A stretch of DNA of 64,000 nt from Tubulanus polymorphus (taxonomy: Eukaryota > Animalia > Nemertea), in assembly GCF_964204645.1 (NCBI RefSeq), contig NC_134028.1, positions 25,726,345-25,790,344 of the forward strand. The letters run 5' to 3'. The position numbers and the translations under genes were made by a program. Shown one piece after another: positions 23,162-34,040 of the stretch; the first letter of the stretch is position 1; every line of letters starts with the position of its first letter. The notes under the pieces were generated by a model. The model did not search any database, was not told the DNA's origin, and worked only from the letters and a program-made list of their open reading frames with translations.

Positions 23162-26100
23162 ATGGCAGCCTCCATTCTACGCGGCTTCGGGCCGAAAAAT
23201 TACTGCAATAAAATCCCGATTTTCAGTAGTTATACAACTCGAAATGCCTCCGGTGGTAACTCGTACTATGTATTGTAAGTGTGTTAAACATTTACGACAA
23301 TTTTTCTCATCTCAGTTCCGCCAAAAACTCAGCAGGCGAACGCTTTCATAATCATTTTTACTTACACAATAAATTCAAAATAACTTTATTGTTCCGGCTA
23401 ACGAAGTAAGATAACGCGAAATAGACACATACAGTGTGTAATATACAAGGGACACAAAATTAAGTCATACGCTTCTTTTTTTAACTTTTTCCTGCAAAAA
23501 ATTCATTTTATTTGGAGCTCAATTCTATACAGCATAAGTCATATAGTATTAAAGACGACTTCAAGAATGCATGAATAATATTGTCTCATGCCATTTTTCA
23601 GACACTCATAAATTGGTCTCTGTCCCTCTCCTCAGCTCAGTGTATGTTTCTTTTCAGACTTCCAGAAATACCACCAGATACACCAGAAACTAATCCAATT
23701 ATGAGAACAACTGAATTACCGAAATTCAGCGCGATAACTCCTGAGAAATCAGTCACCGGATGTGCTAAACTATCTATAGAATATGAAACACAGTTGGGTG
23801 ATATTCTAGAAAAAATAAAAGGCAGGGCATGTGGAATATACATCAAGTCGAAGCCTTAAAATGTTTTTATTTACTTAATATTCAATCGTGATTTCATCGC
23901 CATTTTTAGATCCATCCTATAAGAAAACATTTTCATCGGTATTCGAACCTATTGAGAAGATATCTGCACCTTTGAACTTTGCGTGGAGAACTGTGAAACA
24001 TCTGAGTTGTGTTAAAGGTAAAAGTGGCTTTCGCGAAGCTTTTCAAAGGGTAGGTTCACTTAAAAACGTTATGTTTGAATAATGCTCTCGATAATGGCTT
24101 TTCTTTTTACTTGGAGTACGGATCCGTCACTTAGAATTCTGCAAAAAAATCATATAAAAAAAATTTATATTAAAAAGAAAGGAAAAAATTTTTATATGTC
24201 CCCATCAATTGAGGGATTTTCGATCTCATGATTTTCATTTTTCCCATCATTTGAATCGAATTCATCACAATTTTCATTCCTTTTTCAGAGATTTTCATGT
24301 GGAGAATAATATATAAATGATAAGAACAAATTTTTTAAAAAAACTTCCTGTCCCCTTCCATTTTGAAACGCCTATGATAAAAAATATTTTTCTGATTTTT
24401 TCCCTTTGTCTCCCATTTATTTCTTTCAAAAATCCGTACTCCAGGTAATAAAAAAATCCTATGTTAGTTGATTATTTTCTGTGATATCCTAGGTTCATCC
24501 TCAAGTTGAGCGAGCTAGGAATGAAAGATGGATCAGTCAATCGCTGTACAGCGCCGTTAAAGTGTGTATCAACTCTCTCGCACTCAATATTTAATCTCTG
24601 ATTTAAACTTGCGTATATATTTTATCTTTTCTTTTTTCTAGGAGATCAACGCCGATTCCGAAAGTTTAGACGAATATCAAAGACGCCTGGTTAAAATGTA
24701 TTTGATCGAAGGAAAACTGAACGGTATAAATCTGTTTGGCAATGACAAAAAACGATTCGTTGACACTCTGAAAAAATTATCAGAAGGTCGAAGCCATTTC
24801 AAGTGAGTTGATAGATATTCATTTGATTTGATTTAATGATGAGCAAAACCGACAGTTGATAATTTAACAATTCATTCTGACAGTTTCGAAGTTTTGGTTA
24901 AACTTCATCATCAGAGAAAACAAAATAACTTAGAGTTATAATAGTTTAATAGTTTAATAGTATAATAGTTAAAATGTTCATCTGAAAGACTGAGATTAAT
25001 ATCGGTTTACCTGTCATTTCATTTGAAGATTTTATTTTCTGTTTCTTATTCATATAACCTATCATATTATTTCTAACAATTAGGCATCCAGCATCCTCCT
25101 CTATTTTATTACATCGTAGACAGTATGGTGAAAATTGTATTATCTTCGTGTTGTCTAAAATTGTGAATTTGAAAATTTGCAGGAATAAAGTGATGATTTG
25201 TGGCTATCAATTCGTACACAATGAAACCGACTTTGGAAAAGTTGCTGAATTTCCCCGACACATAATTAGCCACCTAGCACGAGACAAGTGAGTATCGTTG
25301 TCGATTACATGAAAAAAAAAACTGGGAATCTTACTTGGAAATCTGGGAATTTTCATTTTCTTTAAAAATGTCTGGGAATTTCGTAAAAAGCTTAAAATTA
25401 GGAAAATATGTTGAGATTACGTGTAAAATTCAGCAGTTTCCATCTAATTCTTACATATTTGACTGTGTTAATTGATTTGACTCTTATCACATGGCGTCAG
25501 GGAAAACAACATGTCAGGGAATAAGGAATAGTCAGGGGATTTCATAAAAAGCTAAAAATTAGGGAAAAGTCAGGGAAATTTGTTGAGTTGTTGGAGTTTC
25601 TGTTTATGTGATGTTAGTCATATTTGACTGTGTTAATTGAAAAAAAAAACTTACTTATCAGGGAAAAAGCAAGTCAAATAAAAAGTATCTCTAGGAATGC
25701 GTTGAAACATGTTTAAAGATTAAACGTTCTTTATTATTTCTCTTAGAAACAATCCGAGCCGTGGACCGTGGCAGATGACGCTGCAGCCGACCGTTTATCA
25801 ATCCTGTCTGGAATATTGCAACGATCGAATAACTCGCTGGAATCTGTGGAACGCTTTCAATAACCGAGCGGCGCTCTCGCATAACGATCAACAGCTGGCG
25901 AATTTCAAGGCTATCGAAGAAATACGCACTCACAGGTCCGCAAAAAATCCGAGTCGAATTCGGCTCGTTTGACATTTTGCGGTTTGTTTATCGCTGATAT
26001 TTCGTCTGTATTTGTAGGAGAGACATCGCAGAAATTCTCGGTTATTCAAACTTCGCCGAGATGTCGATGGAAACGAAAATGGCTGGAAATGTTGAGAATG

Positions 26101-29100
26101 TATTGAATATGATAGACAGGTGCGTAAACTCAGTACGACAAACAGCACTTTATGAACGTTGTCTATACCGGATTTACAATTTACGGCTATTATTTATGCA
26201 CTAGGATTCAGGCTGCATTTTAATGATATTCCACGACCACCACTGGGCTTGTTATGAAACATACTTTAAGCTGATTAAGAAGCTCAAAACAAGTTAAACC
26301 CTCAATCCCTGCTTTGATTAACAGCTACAACGAGTGGGGTCCAGAAGAAAAGGGTAAAGCAGCCATGTCAAAGACCACTGGGGGTCCCACCCCATCCTCG
26401 GTATTAAGATTAAAGATGCAAATTCTAAGAGGATTAGTGTCTTATTTGCAGGTTTTAACTATATCTGTCTTGATAAAAGGGAAGCCTCAGTGGGAAGGTA
26501 GGGGTCCGGATCCTTGAAACCACCCCCTAAATTTGCCCCTGTACAGCCAAATGGATAACTCGTCAGTGTGGAAACTGATAGAATTAAAAAGTCATGACTT
26601 ATCCAATAACGACTTTGCATTAGAAATACTAATTGAGACTTAAAAATTTGAGATGACTTAGTGATATGATTAGTCATTTGATGATAGGTTATTTGAGTTT
26701 GACTGTTCACGCATGAGGATTCAAGCTAAAGCCCCAAATAAACGTCAGATGGCCATGAAAAATCCATTTCAGTCTTGCTAAACTTGAAATATGTTTACTG
26801 TTTGTAGATTGAAAACCGAATTCCGTGACATCGCTGGTGAAGAAATGAGTAAACTGCAGACATTCGCAAAATCCGAAGGGTTTCCTCACACGTTGGCCAT
26901 GTGGGATATACCTTACTGGCGAAGACGTCAACAGCAACACTTATACAAGTAGGTTTTCTAGAAACAAGAAATCCAGCAAATGCAAATAACACAATTTCAG
27001 GGAATGTAAAATAGATTTATTCATCAGAAGACAACTAAACAAAAACAATGCCTACCATTATTCTTTAAACCTATGACATAGAGTACGAATTCCTGGATTC
27101 AGTTCCAAATTTCCTTATAGAACCACCAAACTAACGGTTTAAAGAGAAAACCGAGAGTTTTATGGGAATGCCACTATAGTGCGTCTACACGGCGCGGTGT
27201 ATCATTGGTTACTAGTATTTCACTATGTTTGACAGATGCTGCCATTTTTCAAGAGAGATAATTACTAATTACATCAATACACCGCAGCGCGGTGAACTAG
27301 CAAAATCCATCACTGATTAGTACACCGCACTGAAAGGGTTAAGTTTGAGCGTTCAATTTTTTCATTACCGTCGAGTTTTTGTATACGTAAAAATACGGAT
27401 GTAGAACAACTTGAAAAGACTCGATTACTTTACACAACGGGTAGAGATACAACACGAGACGAGGCGGAATAATCGTAATACACGACTGCACAATCGATAT
27501 CGGCACGAAACAAACAACGAAAATCATCAGTAAAACTAGCGACCGCTTGAAAACGACTTTCAACGAAAATATGTCTTTCGGACGGGCGTCGAACGATCCG
27601 GAACGCACTGTACTCGGTATCGAATTCAGACGATTCGGGATGAGGAATTCGGTGCTGCGTTGTTGTAGCTGTTCGTTCTCCTCGTTGATTTGTGGATAGA
27701 CGGCGCTGGCGTCGTCGTTCGACAGCCAGTTATTGTGTAATACTCGGTGTTGTTTTTCGCGCGTCGTCGTCGTCGAACTCGCGTCTTGTTTATTGGGAAG
27801 CGACGGTCGTATTATTCGTATCATTGGCTTCGTATTGTAGACTTTACACGTCGATTCGTCGTCCATCTGTCTGACGCCGTCATCCGTCTGCGTGCTGATA
27901 CTCACAAATTTACGTTTCTTCAAGCGTTTATTTTGTTTATGTTGTTTCGGTCGCGGAATAAACGAAGTAGGTTTCTTAGCGTCCGATTTCGCGTTGCCGG
28001 TCTGCGGGTCCGATCTTACGTCGCCGGTCGACAAGCTCAATCTCTGCGGGCGCTCCGTGTTTTTCCCGTCGCTAATCGGCGGTAGCGGAATGTGTTTCCA
28101 ATGATTGCTGAATTGTTGCATCATCCAGGATTCGACGACCCCGGTCCGCGAAACCTGCGAGTCCGACAACGGTCCGTTTATTTCATCGACGTACGAATAT
28201 TTCTGTTCGAGCGGCGACGAGTTATTATTGCGAGAATTCGCCGACGTCCAGCTGTATCTGCTGCTTCCCGCCGAACTGTTCGATGAAATCAATTGCAATT
28301 CCGATTTGTGATCGTCGTCTTGAGACTGAGCGCTGCTATTCGACGAACCGTCGTCTTGCAGATTCAGAGGCGTCAATCGTCTTCCGCTAATGTTGCTGCT
28401 GTTCAGGCTTGTTTCTAGCGCGCTCGGCGACGGGTCGGTCTTCTCGAATTGCGACTCGTATCCGTCTGCTGTATTGGTATTCGACGATAAGCTACTTCTC
28501 GCCGCTTGTCGTATTAAACGGCGTACACGCGTCTGCCCGCGCCGCCTCTTCTTCTCGTACGACGCCAACGACGAATCCATCTCCGACGTCGCCGTTGTTA
28601 TATCTCTTTCTGACATGGCAGACGCCGTCGAAGCGCGCTGCGTCGATAATGACAACGATTTAAGCCAGACGTTTCCGGCGCTTCGTCGCGTGTGTCGTAA
28701 CGGGTTCAACATCGACGGTTCTAGCGGATCGGCGTCGTCTTTATCGTCGGTCTCGTACTCGGGAATCGTGTCGATCGAAAACACGCTGCACGTCGATAAT
28801 TTACCGTTGGCTTTCAGCGGCGCGTTTAATTCGAGTAGACCGCTCGATTGCCGAGACGTCGAACGCGTTTCGGAATTCGTAGCGCTGACGCGTGTCTCCG
28901 TTTTCATGTCAGCCGACGAACTGGATATAGAAGATATTCGCGGACTCGTCAGGTGACTGGTGGTCGACGTCGACGAAATTCGATACTCGGTACTCGACGA
29001 GGAGTAATCGTGTGTCGCGGTCAGTAAATCGGTGATCGGTAATCGAGATTTCTGGCGTCGATCGGATTCATTTTTGACCTGTGCGACATCGGGATCGTCC

Positions 29101-32100
29101 ATTAAACGAATCGGATTCAGTTCGGTAATTTGAGTCGGCGTCGCTGAATTTGTTTCGTTCGATTCGACCGAGTTTTCGATAGAGACCACTCGATTTATGA
29201 CGTCCATTTCGACGGCGATCGCGACGTCGGATTCCGGCGAGATGGCCGCTATTTTCCGCGCGAGGAACAACAATCCGTGCGCGTATATTCCCGCGATCGC
29301 GATCAACGTCGAAAACGTCAGCGCCGGCGAATAAGCATCGGCGAATATCGAGAACGCCGTTTCGTGTTTCGTGTTCCAGATATTCGCGTAGCATATTTGC
29401 GTAAGAACGTTGGAACGCGGCTGATCCAGCGACCGGTAGAATTCGTAGATCAAGTACGGCAAACTGAGCGTCCAGACGACCGCGAATATTCGAGCGATCG
29501 AACACTTGTTCAATAATTGTATTCGATCTTGTCCGAAAACGACGTAGATTTTACGTATTCGTTGACACGAGATACTGACAAGACAGACGTACGTCTGCAG
29601 TTTGCAGCAGTTCTCGACGAATCTCTCCAGCGAACATAAGATCGGACTGTTCGTCGCCATCCATGTTAGAAATATACTGATAGTACGCAGCGGAATTGCG
29701 AAACCGCTGATCAATATACAAGAAATGGTTAGACAAATGATTCCTTTGTGTTGTTTACGAATGTAACCTTTTTTGAACATTTTCGACGCCAGGTATATGT
29801 TCACCGTTAGACCGACGATGCATACTGTACCCATCACTACTGTTACGATTAGTCCGAGTATTAAGTTCACCATGAAATAGTTTTCGGTCATCGTCTGATT
29901 TGCCGATGCGCTGTTGCTGTTGTTCATTTTCATTTCGTTTTGATCGATTGAAGAACCTCTTTTCAACTGTTCTTACCTCAGAGAAGTGAGGTTGTTCGTA
30001 GTGTGTCTTGTTGAAGTTTATGTATCTAAGGATGTTACTAATTAAGACTTCCTCTCGACACACGCAATAAGTACACCATTAGTATACGTCGCTGTATGTT
30101 ATTCATGTGTCAGATCTATTAACAACTTTTTGACGTAAGCGTTTAAATTTAAAGTTTTGACTTTTCTTAAATTGCTACCTAATCAACTAAATCATTTGGA
30201 TTCCTATTACTACATCAACGATATTGCAGTAAACCGTGCCTTATTTGGACACGGCCATCTCGCGACTTTGGACGAAAAAAAAGAATCATATTCCGACATC
30301 CTAACATATTTTCCCATCCTTTACTCGTCGTGCTTAGCCTATTTTGCCAGTTCCTGTTAAGCATGATTTACTGTAACTAAAATGTATTTTTGTATATTAA
30401 ATGAGATTGAGCTGAAACTGATCGAATTAATTGTTTCATTTTCATGTGACTTATCATTTTCAGGGCGGATGAAGCTACAATTGCTCAATATTTTCCGTTT
30501 TCGAAAGTTTTGTCCGGTCTATTCAAACTCAGCGAAAACCTATTCAACATAAAAATCAAGGTAGCTTTAAATTGCTGATATGATGGGTGAAAATCTATTG
30601 AGAATTCACTTGACTACATTATAAAATGAAAATTCTTCTTAATCCAAAGTTGTTGTGAAAAAGAAACATTTCGTAAACAGATTTACTATTAATGACTTTT
30701 ATAGGACTGCTCTAATGATGCCGATTTATGGGATGAGAGTGTGAAATTGTACAATATTCATGATGCAAATGGTGAGTCATGTATTTGATTAAAAACTTTA
30801 TGACAGAGTGGCCACTGGCCTGGAAAACCTGTAAAACTCGGGGAATCAGAAAAATCTCGCAAAAAAATCAGGGAAAACTCAAGGAATTTGACAAATTTTA
30901 GCGAAAAAACCTGGAAATAACAGGTAATTTGGATAATGTTATCAACCACGTGTTTCTTTATCAGTATATGACACTGAAAAATGAATGAATTGTGGCATTT
31001 TGAACCTAAAAATTTCTCTTAATTCATTTAGGGAATTTTTTGTAATCACATGGAAATATTAGGGAAAACTCGGGGGATTTTGTAAATAGGTGAAAAATGG
31101 AGCCACCCTCCCTGTATACGAATTAATTTTGAAAGTTAACTTACAATTCTACGGCTTTTGGAATTATTTCTTATGGAGTAAGAGGAGTGTTTAATCAGCG
31201 AGTGGCTAATTTGAAAATTGAATTATCATAAGGTGCTAAAAACTTGCCAATATTTATAATTCAGGGAGTGTTATCGCTTCATTATATATGGATCCATACG
31301 TCAGACTGGGAGAAAAGGCTGAAGGAACTTGGATGGACTGTGGAAGAGGTAGTTCCCTATTGATTTTGAGCATTATTTTGTTTCATTACTTGTCAACCCT
31401 TTCAGTGCGTCTGAAACCACATAGTGAAATATTGAAATAGTGGTATTCCCGTTATTCAACACACTAAGTTGGAATTCTTCAAAATTTTCAAATTATTTTC
31501 AGCACAATAGGGTATTGTTAAGTCAGCACTGAAAGGGTTAAATCTCACAAAATTGTTATCATAGAATCCAAGCTGCAAAAACGTATAGGATAAAAAAACT
31601 GTTAATCTTGTTTTAGAGAGCAGTAATTTATACAACACAAAACCGATATCTTACTGGACGATGAATCTTCCAGCTCCGATTGCGGGACGATCACCGAATT
31701 TAACGTTTAAAGACGTTAAACTATTGTTCCATGAGGTTTGTTTGAATTACAGCCGCTTCGGGTTGTTTTTTTTCTTTTAGATAACATAGAGGACAGATTT
31801 TCAACAGATACATTTCTAGGGGAAAGAGGAAAAACTTAATAGGAAAAAAAGCAGCTGAGCTAAACCAGCGGTCAAAATATCTTGTTTGAGGAGGGAAAAT
31901 GTATTTGAAAATTTTGATGAAAAAAAAATGAATTTTCATTGAACAAAATAATACGTACAGTGTATGAATTAAGCTAAAATGACGGATGTTTAACAGTCCA
32001 GGGGTGGGGGGAAAATTTTTCAATTCATCCATTTTCCCATTTATTCAGAAATTTACTGCACCTTCATCCAAAAAGCCTTCAAGTTTTTTGCTGTTATTGA

Positions 32101-33444
32101 AGGATTGAAATCGTGATTTTTCAGTTCGGACATGGTTTACAGCAGATGTTGACGCAAATACCTTACTGCGATTTATCGGGTCAACGCAACGTCGAATGGG
32201 ACGCTTTACAAGTATGCTCGACATTCATGGAGGAGTTGCTTACTTTGCCGGACGTAATCAAATCAATCAGCGGTCATCAGGACACGAACGAAGTCATACC
32301 GGACGATCTTGTAAATGATCTATTGAAAAGTAAGTCGAGTGATGGCAGCTTTTTGTTTTCATTCATCAGTCATGGCTTCACTGTACAGTATGAAGTCAGG
32401 GAAAAGTCATTGCATTTTCTTTAAATAGTCAGTCAAAAGCTTATTATTATTAAAGTAGATTGCCCTTATAATCAAACAGTTTCTTGTATATTTTATGTAT
32501 TAGACTGTTTTAATTGATTGAATTATTAGCAGATCAAGTCAGGGAAAACAACTTAATTCAAAAGCAAATCAGATAAAATTGGCCGCCCTGAATAATGTTG
32601 TAATATATTTCATAGGTGAAGCGCACATGACGACATACGACCTGATGAGACAATTATATTTCAGTGCATTAGATATGGAGATGTATATAAGGTATATCGA
32701 TGTCACAAATAAAATCGAATCACAAATAAAGTGCAATCTTTAATTTGAATACATATGATTTTTCAGTAAAGATCACTGGCACGATATAATGACGCGTGTT
32801 TGGAGGGAGTTTATGCCTGTAGAATTGGATAAGGATGATAATCATCCGTGTTCACTGACTCATATATTCTCCGATCAATATCCGGCTGCTTATTACTCGT
32901 ATAAATGGTCTGAGGTAAATATCGCGTGTGAACCAAAATATCTGATTCGTCACGACTTTTCAAAATCCTTTCATTTACCTGTGAGGTACTATAGACTTGA
33001 GAGCTTGTACTTCTGAATCTAGTTTACCTTCGAAGTACTTGGGTTGTTTTTTATAAGGGGGTGGGGTTCCGACCCAGTATACCCTCGCTATGGGAATATG
33101 AAGACATTACATTAGTAACTAGTTTGTGTTTGAATGATTATAGATGATATCTGCCGATGCATTCGAAGCCCTTATTGAAAGTGGATGGAATGATAATGAG
33201 AAAGTACTTGCCAAAGGACAAAGGTGTGTATTTTCTGCAGTATAGGGATTCCGGGTTCAGATGAACCCAACAGACTCGAGTCTCATTGTTTCTTATCTTC
33301 ATTTCCAGATTCAGGGAAACTTTCTTATCACTAGGTGGCGCTGTACCTGCTGGTGAAGTTTTCCGTCGTTATCGAGGTCGCGACCCGTCATTGGATGCGT
33401 TAGTCAGAAAGTATCAAAAGCTCTCGAAGGACTCGTCGAGTTGA
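23162..33444 (+). CDS. Oligopeptidase A-like M3A metallopeptidase (~731 aa), 18 exons: 23162-23274, 23658-23821, 23910-24049, 24493-24561, 24642-24802, 25183-25287, 25747-25935, 26018-26119, 26808-26948, 30464-30560, 30705-30771, 31265-31348, 31617-31735, 32125-32329, 32616-32691, 32767-32914, 33144-33223, 33309-33444
   Basis: In-phase splicing yields GPWQMTL, ILGYSNFAEMSMETKMA, WDIPYW, YFPFSKVLSGLF, LFHE|FGHGLQQML, VEWDA, HIFSDQYPAAYYSYKWSE and FRRYRGRDPS. These are hallmarks of OpdA/PrlC-type M3A peptidases. Confidence 0.92.
24875..24918 (-). ncRNA. Minimal type-I hammerhead ribozyme motif (Penelope-like-element type)
   Basis: Minus strand reads TTCT-CTGATGA-T-GAAGTTT-aacca-AAACTTC-GAAA-C-t-GTC-AGAA: intact core, 7-bp stem II, minimal stem III, GUC cleavage triplet and 4-bp stem I. 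Confidence 0.6.
27339..29933 (-). CDS. Intronless orphan class-A (rhodopsin-like) GPCR, ~864 aa, nested antisense in intron 9 of the peptidase gene
   Basis: Five hydrophobic helices in the first ~240 aa and two in the last ~70 aa. N-glycosylation sites at the N-terminus, TM1 Asn, TM3 Cys and ECL2 Cys, TM4 WxxSLP, TM6 CFVP, TM7 HPYFY. First ATG is at 29933; the ORF track starts at TTG 29966, with an in-frame TAA just upstream. Confidence 0.85.
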   Translation of the reverse strand: MKMNNSNSASANQTMTENYFMVNLILGLIVTVVMGTVCIVGLTVNIYLASKMFKKGYIRKQHKGIICLTISCILISGFAIPLRTISIFLTWMATNSPILCSLERFVENCCKLQTYVCLVSISCQRIRKIYVVFGQDRIQLLNKCSIARIFAVVWTLSLPYLIYEFYRSLDQPRSNVLTQICYANIWNTKHETAFSIFADAYSPALTFSTLIAIAGIYAHGLLFLARKIAAISPESDVAIAVEMDVINRVVSIENSVESNETNSATPTQITELNPIRLMDDPDVAQVKNESDRRQKSRLPITDLLTATHDYSSSSTEYRISSTSTTSHLTSPRISSISSSSADMKTETRVSATNSETRSTSRQSSGLLELNAPLKANGKLSTCSVFSIDTIPEYETDDKDDADPLEPSMLNPLRHTRRSAGNVWLKSLSLSTQRASTASAMSERDITTATSEMDSSLASYEKKRRRGQTRVRRLIRQAARSSLSSNTNTADGYESQFEKTDPSPSALETSLNSSNISGRRLTPLNLQDDGSSNSSAQSQDDDHKSELQLISSNSSAGSSRYSWTSANSRNNNSSPLEQKYSYVDEINGPLSDSQVSRTGVVESWMMQQFSNHWKHIPLPPISDGKNTERPQRLSLSTGDVRSDPQTGNAKSDAKKPTSFIPRPKQHKQNKRLKKRKFVSISTQTDDGVRQMDDESTCKVYNTKPMIRIIRPSLPNKQDASSTTTTREKQHRVLHNNWLSNDDASAVYPQINEENEQLQQRSTEFLIPNRLNSIPSTVRSGSFDARPKDIFSLKVVFKRSLVLLMIFVVCFVPISIVQSCITIIPPRLVLYLYPLCKVIESFQVVLHPYFYVYKNSTVMKKLNAQT

Positions 33445-34040
33445 TCCTCAACGTCATTAGACTGTGATATTATTTCTATTGAACGAACTGTAATATGACA
33501 ATGACGATGACATTATGTAGTTATTTGCGGGGGCGGATCTAGGGCTGAAATATAATTTAGTACTAAAATATCAGGTTGCCCTGAAATTCTAATAAGGTAG
33601 AAGAAAAATATTAAACAGATACCTAAAAAGTTTAAATTCATAAGCTTGTATTTCCAAAAATGATTTAATTGTTTCTGATGACCTTTTTTTCAGGGTGCCA
33701 TTCAATTATATGATGTGCCCTATTTTGGTGGGGCACCCCTCCCTGAATCAGACCTTAGATCCACCCCTGATTTGGATAGAGTAAATTCCAGCAAATGGAA
33801 TAATTGGTAAATGTAGAATGACAAAATGGCACTTTCTCGTATTCCATCATGTTGATATTTTGTAGGAAACATAGATGAAGTGGTTTTTATGTCTAATCAG
33901 ATGCAAACTTGTTGAATGAATGAATATAATTTGTGTGTGTCTATAATATTAACAGATATTTGTTGTTGGTAGGTTTTTTCTCGGGTTCGTCGGTTACAAA
34001 CATATCGAAATCAAACACCGGTGTGAATTATTATTAGTTT

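Noticed and set aside
27692-29736. Many plus-strand ORFs (e.g. 28390-28956, 29068-29505)
   Set aside because: These are antisense shadows of the CpG-rich GPCR ORF; the peptidase splices in phase across them.
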